DNA of 64,000 bases from an uncultured Candidatus Saccharibacteria bacterium. Lineage in GTDB: Bacteria; Patescibacteriota; Minisyncoccia; Phycocordibacterales; CAIRYW01. This document shows, in pieces, positions 19,391-30,824 of this stretch. Location: contig CAZAOU010000001.1 of the NCBI GenBank assembly GCA_964487135.1, positions 8,542-72,541 of the forward strand. The letters run 5' to 3'. The translations under genes were made by a program, and so were the position numbers. Every line of letters starts with the position of its first letter. The first letter of the stretch is position 1. The notes beneath the pieces were generated by a model. That model saw only the letters and a list, made by a program, of their open reading frames with translations, was not told the origin of the DNA and did not search any database.

Positions 19391-20659
19391 TTGCTCATGA
19401 AAACACACGACATAAAAAATATTTCTTTAGCAGAAGAAGGTAAAAAAAGAATTGAATGGGCAATTAAAGAAATGCCTGTTTTAAAAACTCTTCGAGAGGA
19501 CTATAGAAAGAAAAAACCTCTGAAAGGCGAAATTCTTTCTGCTTGTCTTCATGTAACTGCAGAAACAGCCCATCTAATGATTGCCCTTAAAGAAGCTGGT
19601 GCGGAGGTTTTTTTGTGTGCATCAAATCCCCTTTCAACTCAAGATGATGTTGCTGCGTCTCTAGTAAAACATTATGGAATTAGCGTTTTTGCAATAAAGG
19701 GTGAGGACACAAAAACATACATGAAGCATGTTGATGAAGTTTTGGATAAAAAACCAACAATTGTAATGGATGACGGAGCCGATCTAGTTTCTGAACTTCA
19801 TAAAAAACGAGTTGCTCAAGCGAAAATTCTTAAAGGAAGCACAGAAGAAACAACCACGGGTGTTATCCGTCTTAAAGCTTTATCTGACAGCGGAAAATTA
19901 CTATTTCCTGTAGTTGCTGTAAATGAATCTAAAACAAAACACATGTTTGATAACCGTTATGGAACAGGCCAGTCTACACTTGATGGAATTATCAGGGCTA
20001 CCAATAAGCTTGTTGCGGGTTCAACTTTTGTTGTTGCGGGTTACGGATGGTGTGGAAAAGGACTTGCTTCAAGAGCAAGAGGGCTCGGTGCGAAAGTAAT
20101 TGTCACAGAAATTGATCCGATCAAAGCCTTGGAAGCGCGTATGGATGGTTTTGAAGTAATGCCAATGTCTAAAGCGGTAACTTCGGCAGATTTTGTTGTA
20201 ACAGTTACAGGCAACAAAGAGGTTGTTTCAGTTGATCATTTTAAAAAAATGAAAGATGGTTGTGTTGTTTCTAATTCCGGACATTTTGATGTTGAAATAG
20301 ACATGAAAGGTTTGAGACAGATTTCTAAAAAAGTATCTCTGGTTAGAAATAATGTAGAAAAATACGAATTACCTTCCGGAAAAAACATTTATGTTGTTGG
20401 AGAAGGGCGTCTGGTCAATTTGGCCGCAGCAGAAGGACACCCGTCAAGTGTTATGGATATGAGCTTTGCAAACCAATCGCTTGCAGCTATTTTCATAAAA
20501 GAAAATCACGGAAAACTTTCTTCAACAGTTTATACTTTGCCTCATAAAATAGATGAAAAAATAGCGAGTGAAAAACTAAAAACATTAGGTATTTCAATCG
20601 ACAAACTTACTCCATCACAAAAAAAATATCTTGGAAGTTGGGAGGAAGGAACAGAATAA
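19391..20659 (+). CDS. ahcY: adenosylhomocysteinase
   Basis: NAD-binding VVAGYGWCGKGLASRARGLGAKVIVTEIDPIKALEARMDGFEV and conserved N-terminal substrate domain. Confidence 0.9.
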   Translation: MLMKTHDIKNISLAEEGKKRIEWAIKEMPVLKTLREDYRKKKPLKGEILSACLHVTAETAHLMIALKEAGAEVFLCASNPLSTQDDVAASLVKHYGISVFAIKGEDTKTYMKHVDEVLDKKPTIVMDDGADLVSELHKKRVAQAKILKGSTEETTTGVIRLKALSDSGKLLFPVVAVNESKTKHMFDNRYGTGQSTLDGIIRATNKLVAGSTFVVAGYGWCGKGLASRARGLGAKVIVTEIDPIKALEARMDGFEVMPMSKAVTSADFVVTVTGNKEVVSVDHFKKMKDGCVVSNSGHFDVEIDMKGLRQISKKVSLVRNNVEKYELPSGKNIYVVGEGRLVNLAAAEGHPSSVMDMSFANQSLAAIFIKENHGKLSSTVYTLPHKIDEKIASEKLKTLGISIDKLTPSQKKYLGSWEEGTE

Positions 20660-20703
20660 ACTAGTGAATAGTTGAAAGTTGATAGTATGTAGCGAAAAAA
20701 CAA

Positions 20704-21636
20704 ATGCAAAAAATAAAAAACAAAATACTTGTTTCTGGTTCTGTTGTTATTGATACTCTCTTTGGAATAAATGGTGATATTAATAAATCAATCTCATTAA
20801 AAGACGGCAAACTTGGTGTCCAAAATTTAATGTTCACCGGCAAAGACAAGAAGGAGTTTTTTGGAGGAAACGCTGGAAATATTTGCTATGGATTGTCTCT
20901 TTTAGGTCAAAAACCAATATTATTTTCAATTGTCGGAAAAGATTTTAAAGATCGTTATGAACAGCATCTAAAAAATCGATGCACCCCTACCCTTTTTACT
21001 GATAAAGAGGGTTACTGTGCAACATTTTATGGTATGACTGATGAAAATGGTCAGCAAATAGGTATATTTCAACCAAACGCCTATTATAAGTATATTAATA
21101 AAATATCACTTTCTAAGGTGATCTCTAAACAAAATTTATCTCAAATTGAATATGCAATATTTTCTCCAGGAACCGGACCTAGTATTTTAAAAAATATAAA
21201 AGAATTAAGAAAAGTAAATAAAAAAGTTTTTATTATTTTAGACCCAGGTCAAACACTCCTTGCAACTTTTAACAAAAAAATATTGTTAGATTGTTTAAAA
21301 CTATCGAACATGATTATCGTTAATGATCACGAACTTTCTCAAATAAGAAAACATTTTGAAATAAATCTCGAAAATATTTTTGAAAGCGGGACAAAATATG
21401 TAATTGAAACAAAGGCCGAGATGGGTAGCGTTTTACACGAAAGTAACAAAAAAACTGAAATTAAAGCTTTAAAAGTAAAAAAACTTTTAGATCCAACGGG
21501 TGCGGGAGACGCTTACCGAGCTGGTCTTATTTCTACCCTATGTCAAGGCCGATCCTTGATTGAGGGAATGAAAATTGGATCCAAAATGGGGGCAAAATGT
21601 GTCCAAAATTTTGGTGGACAGACATATAGAATATAA
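20704..21636 (+). CDS. PfkB-family carbohydrate/nucleoside kinase (possibly adenosine kinase, given ahcY next to it)
   Basis: PfkB signature DPTGAGDAYRAGLI near the C-terminus; GG di-glycine motif near the N-terminus. Confidence 0.75.
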   Translation: MQKIKNKILVSGSVVIDTLFGINGDINKSISLKDGKLGVQNLMFTGKDKKEFFGGNAGNICYGLSLLGQKPILFSIVGKDFKDRYEQHLKNRCTPTLFTDKEGYCATFYGMTDENGQQIGIFQPNAYYKYINKISLSKVISKQNLSQIEYAIFSPGTGPSILKNIKELRKVNKKVFIILDPGQTLLATFNKKILLDCLKLSNMIIVNDHELSQIRKHFEINLENIFESGTKYVIETKAEMGSVLHESNKKTEIKALKVKKLLDPTGAGDAYRAGLISTLCQGRSLIEGMKIGSKMGAKCVQNFGGQTYRI

Positions 21637-21677
21637 TTTTTTGACAAATTAACAAAACTGTGTGAAAATTTAGATCT

Positions 21678-21902
21678 ATGGTTCATTTCACCGATCAACT
21701 CCCCTCCGGTATTCCCCTTACCGGCAACAGCAAAGTCATTCCTCGCTCCACTGCTCCCGGATATTTCCGTGGACTTGGTGCTGGAGGTCTTCCGGAAAAC
21801 CCTACGCCACTTGACAAAAGAGCTGTCAGGAGTGGCGACTACATTTGCATTGCCTCAGACTGCGGTGGTAATGCCGGAATGGAAGTTTTCCAAGTAGTCT
21901 GA
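21678..21902 (+). CDS. hypothetical small protein in GC-rich island C
   Basis: 74 aa GC-rich ORF; preceded by TTGACA (21641-21646)-17-TGTGAAAAT placed for a leaderless start. Confidence 0.25.
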   Translation: MVHFTDQLPSGIPLTGNSKVIPRSTAPGYFRGLGAGGLPENPTPLDKRAVRSGDYICIASDCGGNAGMEVFQVV

Positions 21903-21974
21903 GACGACGCGGGGTCATTAGATGGTTGTCAAGCTTCTGCTTTCTAAATACTGAGAGTGGAGCTATTTTTTTAC

Positions 21975-22460
21975 CTAAATCTGATTATCGTCAAAAACAC
22001 TAAGCATTTGAAGAAGTGCAAGAGTGGCCTCTACACCCTTATTTGCATTTCCACTTGAACGAGCCTCGGCTTGCTCTAAGTCATTAACTGTTATTATTCC
22101 AAATCCGATAGGTATACCTGTTTCAAGCATTACATTCATAATTCCTCGCGAAGCTTCACCTGCAACATAAAAATAATGATCTGTATCACCTTTTATAACA
22201 CAACCTATCGCAATAATACCGTCATATTTTTTTGATTTTGCTAGTCTAAGTGAGGCCAGTGGTATTTCAAAAGAACCTGGAACAACAACAGTTGTTATAT
22301 CATTGTCGGTAGCACCAAATCTCTTCAGTGTTTCTATGGCACCGTCTTTCATTTTGAAAGTTATATCGTAATTAAAAGCAGAAACTGCAACAGCAAACTT
22401 TTTGCCTTTCACATTAAAATTAAAATCATCTGTATTATTGTTTGGTATGTCCCTTTGCAT
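21975..22460 (-). CDS. ribH: 6,7-dimethyl-8-ribityllumazine synthase
   Basis: KFAVAVSAFNYDIT...GVIKGDTDHYFYVAGE...GFGIITVNDLEQAEARS matches lumazine synthase throughout. Confidence 0.85.
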   Translation of the reverse strand: MQRDIPNNNTDDFNFNVKGKKFAVAVSAFNYDITFKMKDGAIETLKRFGATDNDITTVVVPGSFEIPLASLRLAKSKKYDGIIAIGCVIKGDTDHYFYVAGEASRGIMNVMLETGIPIGFGIITVNDLEQAEARSSGNANKGVEATLALLQMLSVFDDNQI

Positions 22461-23022
22461 TTGAATATTTAGTGAGAATATCTGTCTCAATATTTATAAT
22501 ATCACCTACTTTTAAAACCCCTAAATTTGTTTCTTTGAGAGTATGAGGAATAAGAGATACTTCAAAAGTCGCCCTGTTTTTTGAAGAAATAGTTAAAGAT
22601 ACTCCATTTATCGCAACACTACCCTTATAAACAACATAAGACATAAATTCTTTTGGAATTGAAACTTCAAAAACCTTTGATTCTCCTTCAGCTCTTATTT
22701 TTTTTATAATTCCTGTGCAATCAACATGACCCATCACAAAGTGTCCCGAATTTTTTTCTCCCATCCTTAAACTTTCTTCAAAATTTAAAAAGTCTCCGGC
22801 TTTAATTAAATTGGCACGAGTTTTAGAAAGGGTTTCTTTCATGTAATAAACCTCTAAATATTTTTTATAAGAGATAACAGTCGAGCATACTCCATCCAAA
22901 GACACACTCTCACCCTTTTTTAGAGATATTTTCTTTGGTTTCTCTAAAAAAATATTTAAATAATCTTTGTTTTTGTCTACTTTAGAAACTTTAATCTGTC
23001 TTGAAATAATTCCACTAAACAT
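22435..23022 (-). CDS. ribE: riboflavin synthase alpha subunit
   Basis: MFSGIISRQ N-terminus; duplicated lumazine-binding repeats with GESVSLDGVCSTV and GSVAINGVSLTI. Confidence 0.85.
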   Translation of the reverse strand: MFSGIISRQIKVSKVDKNKDYLNIFLEKPKKISLKKGESVSLDGVCSTVISYKKYLEVYYMKETLSKTRANLIKAGDFLNFEESLRMGEKNSGHFVMGHVDCTGIIKKIRAEGESKVFEVSIPKEFMSYVVYKGSVAINGVSLTISSKNRATFEVSLIPHTLKETNLGVLKVGDIINIETDILTKYSNAKGHTKQ

Positions 23023-23380
23023 TGACGCGAACTGAGAAGTGTCTAATAACATTTTTTACATCATTTTCAATAAGTTCCATAATTTCTTCGTCAGTTAGGT
23101 TATCTTTTTCTTCTCTAAGTTTTTTATCTATCACCACCATAATACTTTCTCCATAAAAATCTTCCCCGGCATAACCCACTAAGTGAGCCTCAATCATTTT
23201 TGGATTTTTTTTACCAACATAAAGAGCTGCCAGAAATTCTCCTTTCGGCATTTTGACCTTGCCTGCATAAATACCAGACTCGAGTTCCTCTTCAACATCT
23301 ATGTTAGCCGTTGGAAATCCATATGTAGTACCTATTCTTTGTCCTTTTTTAACTTCTCCTTCTATTACTTTATTTTGCAT
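23015..23380 (-). CDS. riboflavin kinase (monofunctional flavokinase domain)
   Basis: GQRIGTTYGFPTANI...GIYAGKV...EAHLVGYAGEDFYGESIMVVIDKKLREE is the RibF C-terminal flavokinase pattern. Confidence 0.7.
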   Translation of the reverse strand: MQNKVIEGEVKKGQRIGTTYGFPTANIDVEEELESGIYAGKVKMPKGEFLAALYVGKKNPKMIEAHLVGYAGEDFYGESIMVVIDKKLREEKDNLTDEEIMELIENDVKNVIRHFSVRVNV

Positions 23381-23807
23381 TATTTTTATTTTTTGATTTT
23401 GATGTTTTTAATTTTTCTATATCTTTCAATAGTTCTCCCAAATTATGTTGAATGTTTTTTAGTAGTTCAGTGTGTTCGTCATCTCTTTGGACCTCTTCTA
23501 CTTCTCCTTTTTCAATAACATCCACATCTTCCTGAATTTCGTCTATGTCTTCTTGAATTTCATCCACATCTTCCTGAATTTCGTCTATGTCTTCTTGAAT
23601 TTCATCCAGATCTTTCCCAACTTCTTTAAGTTCCTCAGTATTTTTGTTAACCGTAAACTGTATTAATATGGCCAAATATATAGCTTCCAGAGAAACAGCG
23701 GTTGTGAGAATCAAAAGCATTGTTTGAAGAGAAACACCCAAAATCACAAGCACAAAAGATCCTATAAATAGTATGGTGTGTATCACTAAAGATGTTATCG
23801 AACCCAC
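23370..23807 (-). CDS. membrane protein with acidic heptad repeats (DEIQEDI/V, four copies)
   Basis: two N-terminal TM helices; DEIQEDIDEIQEDVDEIQEDIDEIQEDVD encoded by tandem 21-bp repeats. Confidence 0.45.
   Translation of the reverse strand: MGSITSLVIHTILFIGSFVLVILGVSLQTMLLILTTAVSLEAIYLAILIQFTVNKNTEELKEVGKDLDEIQEDIDEIQEDVDEIQEDIDEIQEDVDVIEKGEVEEVQRDDEHTELLKNIQHNLGELLKDIEKLKTSKSKNKNNAK
23520..23609. repeat. tandem 21-bp (42-bp super-unit) coding repeat
   Basis: cttcctgaatttcgtctatgtcttcttgaatttcatccacat repeated almost perfectly. Confidence 0.6.
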
Positions 23808-23981
23808 AGATTTGGTTATTTTAAGGGCTATATCCTCAGCACCTTTTTATTTTTATAGAAATGTGGAATGTTTTTATCCATAACAATTAATGAACAATAA
23901 GTTTCGACATTTTAATCCATAAAAAAACAAAAAGCTAATTTTGGTTGCGGATAAGTCTTTTTTTTCATATACTCTGCCTTA

Positions 23982-24221
23982 GTGAAAGAAGAAAATAACA
24001 ATAAAGAAAAAGGTGTATTGTCTCGAAACGAGCTGATAGCTTTTGCCTTTGATGTTGGTTATTCGATAATTGTGCCTTTAGTGTTGCTTGGACTCGGAGG
24101 AAGGCTGTTGGATAAAAAATTAGAAACCTCACCTTGGTTTTTTATAGGAGGAATACTTTTTTCACTAGTTATAACATCAATATCAATATATAAAAAAGTT
24201 AAAAAGATAGCAGAATTCTAA
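23982..24221 (+). CDS. AtpZ/AtpI-like small membrane protein at the head of the ATP synthase operon
   Basis: 79 aa, 2 TM helices, LLGLGGRLLDKKLETSPWF resembles the AtpZ GxxLD motif; position directly upstream of atpB. Confidence 0.45.
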   Translation: MKEENNNKEKGVLSRNELIAFAFDVGYSIIVPLVLLGLGGRLLDKKLETSPWFFIGGILFSLVITSISIYKKVKKIAEF

Positions 24222-24228
24222 AAGTAGT

Positions 24229-24978
24229 ATGACAATATCAATAAAACCTGAACCACTTTTTCATATTGGATCCTTAGATGTAACAAATACATTATTTACA
24301 TCTTGGATTGTTGTTTTGGGCATAGTCTTAATTTCAGTATTTTGTTACAAAAAACTTCAAGGAAAAACTTCTAAGGGAAAAATTTTCATTGAAACGATCT
24401 TTGAGCAATTCATGGGTTTTATGCAAACTTTTGCAGGAAGTAGAGAAAAAGTTATTACCTTTTTACCCTTAGTTGCGACGGTGTTTTTTTATATTTTAAT
24501 TGCAAATTGGTTTGGAACTTTTCCAGGTGTTGAAAGTATTGGCTTACATACAGAACATGAAGGAAAAGAGGTTTTTTTACCCCTTCTTAGAACAGTCAAT
24601 TCTGATATTAACATGACCCTCGCGATCGCGTTTTTGGTGGTCATAACCTCACACATTGTTGGATTTAGCTCAATTGGAGCAAAACATCATATCGGAAAAT
24701 TTATTGTAAATCCCCTAAAAAAACCAATAGGTTTTTTTGTTGGTATTTTGGAACTCATAGGAGAAGTATCAAGGGTTATATCTCTCACTTTCCGACTTTT
24801 TGGAAACATATTCGCAGGAAGTGTTTTGATGCTGATAATCTCTTCACTTGTATCATTTATTATTCCTATTCCATTTCTTGCAATGGAACTGTTTGTTGGT
24901 TTTATTCAGGCCCTTGTTTTCGCCACCCTAACAATGATGTTTATGACGAGTGCTACAGCACTGCACGAAGAGGACTAG
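24229..24978 (+). CDS. atpB: F0F1 ATP synthase subunit a
   Basis: FRLFGNIFAGSVLM essential-Arg motif; multiple TM helices. Confidence 0.9.
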   Translation: MTISIKPEPLFHIGSLDVTNTLFTSWIVVLGIVLISVFCYKKLQGKTSKGKIFIETIFEQFMGFMQTFAGSREKVITFLPLVATVFFYILIANWFGTFPGVESIGLHTEHEGKEVFLPLLRTVNSDINMTLAIAFLVVITSHIVGFSSIGAKHHIGKFIVNPLKKPIGFFVGILELIGEVSRVISLTFRLFGNIFAGSVLMLIISSLVSFIIPIPFLAMELFVGFIQALVFATLTMMFMTSATALHEED

Positions 24979-25120
24979 CCGATTTTGCCTGCAGGCAAAA
25001 TCGGCACTATCCTCAAAAGCAAGCTCTCTGGAGCGTCCCCTTGAAAAAGAGCTCGAAACTCTATATAATTCCTCCGCTTGAGACACGTGTCTCTTTTTGT
25101 TTGATTATAAGAATTATTAA

Positions 25121-25360
<240 letters not shown>

Positions 25361-25379
25361 AGTAGTTTAGAAAAGATAC

Positions 25380-25898
25380 ATGGAGTCTCTACTTCACACA
25401 TTTGGAATAGAATGGAAAATGCTTATTGCCCAGCTTGTAAACTTCGGCATTCTATTTTTTGTTCTTACCAAATTGGTTTACAAACCTCTTCTAAAAAACT
25501 TAGCTGAAAAAGAAAAATCCGCTAAAGAATCAGAAGAAAAAACATCTTCTATAGAAAATCTTTTAAAAGAAACTGAAGAAAAGCAGAAGCAAGTAATTGC
25601 CGAAGCTCGCCTCCATGGGGAAAAAATAATAAAAGATGCTGAATCCAATGCCCAATTATTAAAAAACACGATAGTTGAAGATGCTAAGAAAGAGGCCTCA
25701 AAGATAATTGAGATTGGAGAAAAAAATATAAAAGAAGATCAGGAAAGGTTTAGAAAAGAGTTTAAATCAGAAGCTTTAAACCTTATCGCTGAAGCTCTTG
25801 AAAAAACAGTCGGAAAGCACATGAACGAAGCCTCAAAAAATTCTATTAAGGAAGAATCTCTTAAAGAAATTCTTAAAGCTAAAGAACTTGTTTCTTAA
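25380..25898 (+). CDS. atpF: F0F1 ATP synthase subunit b
   Basis: single N-terminal TM helix then a long charged helix; position in the operon. Confidence 0.75.
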   Translation: MESLLHTFGIEWKMLIAQLVNFGILFFVLTKLVYKPLLKNLAEKEKSAKESEEKTSSIENLLKETEEKQKQVIAEARLHGEKIIKDAESNAQLLKNTIVEDAKKEASKIIEIGEKNIKEDQERFRKEFKSEALNLIAEALEKTVGKHMNEASKNSIKEESLKEILKAKELVS

Positions 25899-25900
25899 AA

Positions 25901-26266
25901 ATGAAACTAACACCTAAAAAACTTGGAACTTTTCTTGCGCGTAAGCTTGCGCATGCTCACAAGGACACCGTTCAGAGTTTTTTAAAAGATTTTGTAGAAA
26001 TTTTAAGATCCAAGAGACTTCTCTCAAAAAAAAGTGAGATAATTCGTTTTTTTACTAAAGAATGGAATACAATTCACAATACAGTTGATGTAGAAATTCT
26101 TACAGCAAGTCACAAAGAAGCTCCCCATATAGAGAGTGTGGGCAAAAAGAAAGCCGAAGTAATTATTAAAGAAGATGCAAAACTTATCGCAGGTTCAAAA
26201 ATTACTGTTGGAGATTATCTTTTTGACACATCGTTGCAATCAAAAATTTCAAATTTAAAAAAATAA
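25901..26266 (+). CDS. atpH: F0F1 ATP synthase subunit delta, short 121-aa form
   Basis: position between atpF and atpA; weak OSCP-like helices; shorter than the canonical ~180 aa. Confidence 0.55.
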   Translation: MKLTPKKLGTFLARKLAHAHKDTVQSFLKDFVEILRSKRLLSKKSEIIRFFTKEWNTIHNTVDVEILTASHKEAPHIESVGKKKAEVIIKEDAKLIAGSKITVGDYLFDTSLQSKISNLKK

Positions 26267-26300
26267 TCAATTTATTAGCCATCTTATTAACGCCAAAGAT

Positions 26301-27830
26301 ATGAATAAAGGAAGCATTATTGAAGAACTCAAAAAAGAAATACAAGGTATCAACACCGATACAAAAGTTGAACACGTAGGAGTCGTAACAAGAATCTCCG
26401 ACGGAGTAGCCCTTGTTTCAGGAATTTCCAAAACAGAATACTCTGAAATGCTTCAGTTTGAAGACACTTTAGGCAAAAAAGTGCTTGGCGTTGCACTTAA
26501 CCTCGAGGAAGATGGCGTTGGGGCGATAATTCTTGGTGATTCAGATAAAATTTCTGAAGGCTGTAAAGTAACAACAACAGGTCAAATTCTTTCTATAGCG
26601 GTAGGTGATGAACTTATTGGAAAAGTTCTTGGAGGCTTGGGTGCACCTAAAGACGGTAGCGCTCCGCTTGATCCTAAAAAATCTTCCTACTACCCTCTTG
26701 AAAAAATTGCTCCAGGAGTTATCACAAGACAAGGAGTCGGTGTTCCACTACATACAGGAATAAAAGCAATTGATGCGATGATTCCGATTGGTCGTGGACA
26801 GCGACAACTCATCATTGGAGACCGTCAAACAGGAAAAACCGCTATTGCTATTGACGCAATTATTCATCAGAAAAATGAAAAGAAATTTGGAACTCCAATT
26901 TGTATTTATGTTGCAATCGGCCAAAAAGAATCAAAAATCGCTCAAATTGTAGAAAGACTCAAAAAAAGCGGCGCGATGGAATACACAATTGTTGTTTCCG
27001 CATCAGCTTCCGACCCCGCTTCTCTTCAATATTTGGCGCCGTTTACAGGATGCGCTATCGGCGAATATTTTATGGACAAAGGAAAAGATGTCTTGATTGT
27101 CTATGATGATCTTTCAAAACATGCTTGGGCATACAGGCAAATTTCTTTGCTTTTGAGAAGACCACCAGGCCGTGAAGCTTATCCTGGAGACGTATTTTAT
27201 CTTCACTCAAGGCTCTTAGAGCGAGCAGGAAGACTAAATAAAGACTACGGGGGAGGATCAATCACCGCTCTTCCATTCATTGAAACTCAACTTAACGATA
27301 TTTCTGCATATATCCCAACAAACGTTATCTCAATTACAGACGGACAAATTTTCTTGGAACCAGAACTTTTCTACAAAGGAATTCGTCCTGCGGTAAACGT
27401 TGGGCTTTCTGTTTCTCGAGTAGGATCTGCCGCTCAAACAAAAGCTATGAAAAAAGTTGCAGGAAGAATGCGACTCGATCTTGCTCAGTTTAGAAGTCTT
27501 GAAGCATTTGCGCAGTTTGGTTCAGATTTGGATCCTGCAACAAAAATGCAAATCGAAAGAGGAAGAAGGCTTACAGAAATTTTGAAACAACCTCAATATG
27601 CAGGAGCACCTTTTGAAGAACAGGTTGCAATTATTTTCGCAGCTGGAGCCGGACTTCTTGATGGTATAGAAGTTTCAAAAATAAAAGATTATGAAGCAAA
27701 ATCTATTGATTTCTTGAAGAAAAATCACCCAAAAACAATTGGTGCGATTGCAGAATCTGGAGAATTAAAAGACGAAACAATTGAAGAATTAAAGAAAGCT
27801 TTTGCTGAATTTAATGAAATTTACAAATAA
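26301..27830 (+). CDS. atpA: F0F1 ATP synthase subunit alpha
   Basis: Walker [14 protein letters not shown]; alpha-specific C-terminal region. Confidence 0.95.
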   Translation: MNKGSIIEELKKEIQGINTDTKVEHVGVVTRISDGVALVSGISKTEYSEMLQFEDTLGKKVLGVALNLEEDGVGAIILGDSDKISEGCKVTTTGQILSIAVGDELIGKVLGGLGAPKDGSAPLDPKKSSYYPLEKIAPGVITRQGVGVPLHTGIKAIDAMIPIGRGQRQLIIGDRQTGKTAIAIDAIIHQKNEKKFGTPICIYVAIGQKESKIAQIVERLKKSGAMEYTIVVSASASDPASLQYLAPFTGCAIGEYFMDKGKDVLIVYDDLSKHAWAYRQISLLLRRPPGREAYPGDVFYLHSRLLERAGRLNKDYGGGSITALPFIETQLNDISAYIPTNVISITDGQIFLEPELFYKGIRPAVNVGLSVSRVGSAAQTKAMKKVAGRMRLDLAQFRSLEAFAQFGSDLDPATKMQIERGRRLTEILKQPQYAGAPFEEQVAIIFAAGAGLLDGIEVSKIKDYEAKSIDFLKKNHPKTIGAIAESGELKDETIEELKKAFAEFNEIYK

Positions 27831-27832
27831 AA

Positions 27833-28765
27833 ATGGCTTCAGGTAGAGCAATTAAAAACAGAATAAAATCAACAAAAAGCATCCAGCAAATTACAAAAGC
27901 GATGGAAGCTGTTTCTGCTGTGAAAATGCGAAAGAGCGAACAAGCGGCACTTAAAGGTAGACCCTTTGCTCTTTATGCTTTAGATATATTGCGAAAAATT
28001 GAGAAAAATATTTCTGGAGAATCTGTAAGAAATGTTTCAGCACTTTTACGACAAGACAAAGTAAATAAGTTGGCACTGGTGGTTATTTCTTCTGACAAAG
28101 GGTTGGCGGGTGCTTTTAACTCAAATGTTTTAAGAAAAGCTGATGAGTTAATAAAAAATAGTAGTTACGAGATAGATATTGTGGCTGTTGGAAAAAGAGC
28201 CAAAGAATATTTTGAAAGAAAAGGAAAGAAAATAATAAAATCTTACGAAGGAATTGGAGATATTGTCTCTCAAAATGAAGCAAAACACATATCAGAAGAT
28301 ATTATTTCCCTATTTTGTGACAAAGATTATGACGCCGTAGATGTTGTTTATACAAATTTCGTGTCGGCACTTAAACAAGAAGTTATTCATCGCCCACTAC
28401 TTCCACTTACTTCAAAAAATATAGAGGAGGTAATAAAAAATATAATTCCAGAAACTGGAAAATTTTCAGATATTAAAGAAAATTTAAATGAAGTAAACGC
28501 TGAATACAAATTTGAACCGAATCCAGAAATCGCCGTAAAAGAATTGATCCCCCTTCTCGTCGAAATTGAGGTATTTCATAGTATTTTGGAAGCAAACGCT
28601 TCGGAACACGCAGCTCGAATGGTTGCGATGCGAAACGCTTCCGATAATGCAAAAGAAGTTATTGTTGATCTTACGATTTACTATAACAAAACTCGACAAG
28701 CTCAAATTACAAAAGAGCTTATCGAGATTACAAGTGGAAAAGAAGCATTAGAAGCCCAAGGATAA
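27833..28765 (+). CDS. atpG: F0F1 ATP synthase subunit gamma
   Basis: N-terminal IKNRIKSTKSIQQITKAMEAVSAVKMRK and C-terminal ...RQAQITKELIEI are typical of gamma. Confidence 0.85.
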   Translation: MASGRAIKNRIKSTKSIQQITKAMEAVSAVKMRKSEQAALKGRPFALYALDILRKIEKNISGESVRNVSALLRQDKVNKLALVVISSDKGLAGAFNSNVLRKADELIKNSSYEIDIVAVGKRAKEYFERKGKKIIKSYEGIGDIVSQNEAKHISEDIISLFCDKDYDAVDVVYTNFVSALKQEVIHRPLLPLTSKNIEEVIKNIIPETGKFSDIKENLNEVNAEYKFEPNPEIAVKELIPLLVEIEVFHSILEANASEHAARMVAMRNASDNAKEVIVDLTIYYNKTRQAQITKELIEITSGKEALEAQG

Positions 28766-28786
28766 TAATTACAAGAAATTTATTAA

Positions 28787-30157
<1,371 letters not shown>

Positions 30158-30162
30158 ATGAT

Positions 30163-30218
30163 ACCAATATACTAATGAATACTAATTATACAAATTTAAC
30201 ACCGGAATTCATTAGTAT
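30163..30218. other. inverted repeat / hairpin in the atpD-atpC intergenic spacer
   Basis: atactaatgaat ... attcattagtat arms separated by about 32 nt. Confidence 0.3.
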
Positions 30219-30245
30219 TATTAGTAAGATTCGTATATTAGCATC

Positions 30246-30476
30246 GTGTCATATATGAGAATACAAATACTTTCATTAGACGGAATACTTTACGAAGGCG
30301 ATGTATCGCAAGCATCTTTGCCCACAAAGGACGGTGAAATTACTGTGCTTAAAAATCATATTCCACTGATAACCTTGCTAAAAAAGGGTGAAATAAAAAC
30401 TTCTGATAAAAATATTACTATCGAAGGTGGTTTCGCAGAAATAACTGGAGAAAAAGTTGTAGTACTCGTCAATTAA
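30246..30476 (+). CDS. atpC: F0F1 ATP synthase subunit epsilon, N-terminal beta-sandwich only (76 aa)
   Basis: ILSLDGILYEGDVSQASLPTKDGEITVLKNHIPLIT pattern; last gene of the operon; lacks the C-terminal helical hairpin. Confidence 0.75.
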   Translation: MSYMRIQILSLDGILYEGDVSQASLPTKDGEITVLKNHIPLITLLKKGEIKTSDKNITIEGGFAEITGEKVVVLVN

Positions 30477-30481
30477 ATTTG

Positions 30482-30801
30482 TTACATCAACACTGAACCG
30501 ATAGTAAAAAATAAAATTACTATAACAAAAATTATTATAAATATTCTTGTTATAAATTTTTTTAAAGGTATATTTAAACCAGCTCTAATAATAATCGCTA
30601 GTATACCCGTATTCACTATTGATGAAACTATAGAAAGAAAAAATAAATCACTATCACCAAAATACAAAGAGTAAGGTAATGAGGCAATTACAATCATCCC
30701 CCCTCCAAATCCTCTCGGATCAATATTAAAAAAACAATAGTTGTATAAATATAAAGAGGAAACAATCCTATAAGAGGTGCAAAAAAATATCTTCTATTCA
30801 T
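30482..30801 (-). pseudogene. small membrane protein ORF interrupted at a G6/C6 homopolymer (frameshift or phase-variable)
   Basis: upstream frame MNRRYFFAPLIGLFPLYIYTTIVFLILIREDLEGG* stops at TGA; the downstream frame MIVIASLPYS... starts inside the same cccccc run (30698-30703); one G indel fuses them into a ~106 aa protein. Confidence 0.3.
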
Positions 30802-30824
30802 CCTCTAATCATATAATATTAGTA

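Noticed and set aside
23381-23420. FMN riboswitch upstream of the riboflavin genes
   Set aside because: The region upstream of the flavokinase gene is coding (overlapping acidic-repeat membrane protein) and shows no RFN consensus
23520-23609. Possible CRISPR-like repeat array
   Set aside because: The repeats are contiguous 21-bp units with no spacers, in-frame within a CDS encoding DEIQEDI heptads; a coding tandem repeat, not a CRISPR array
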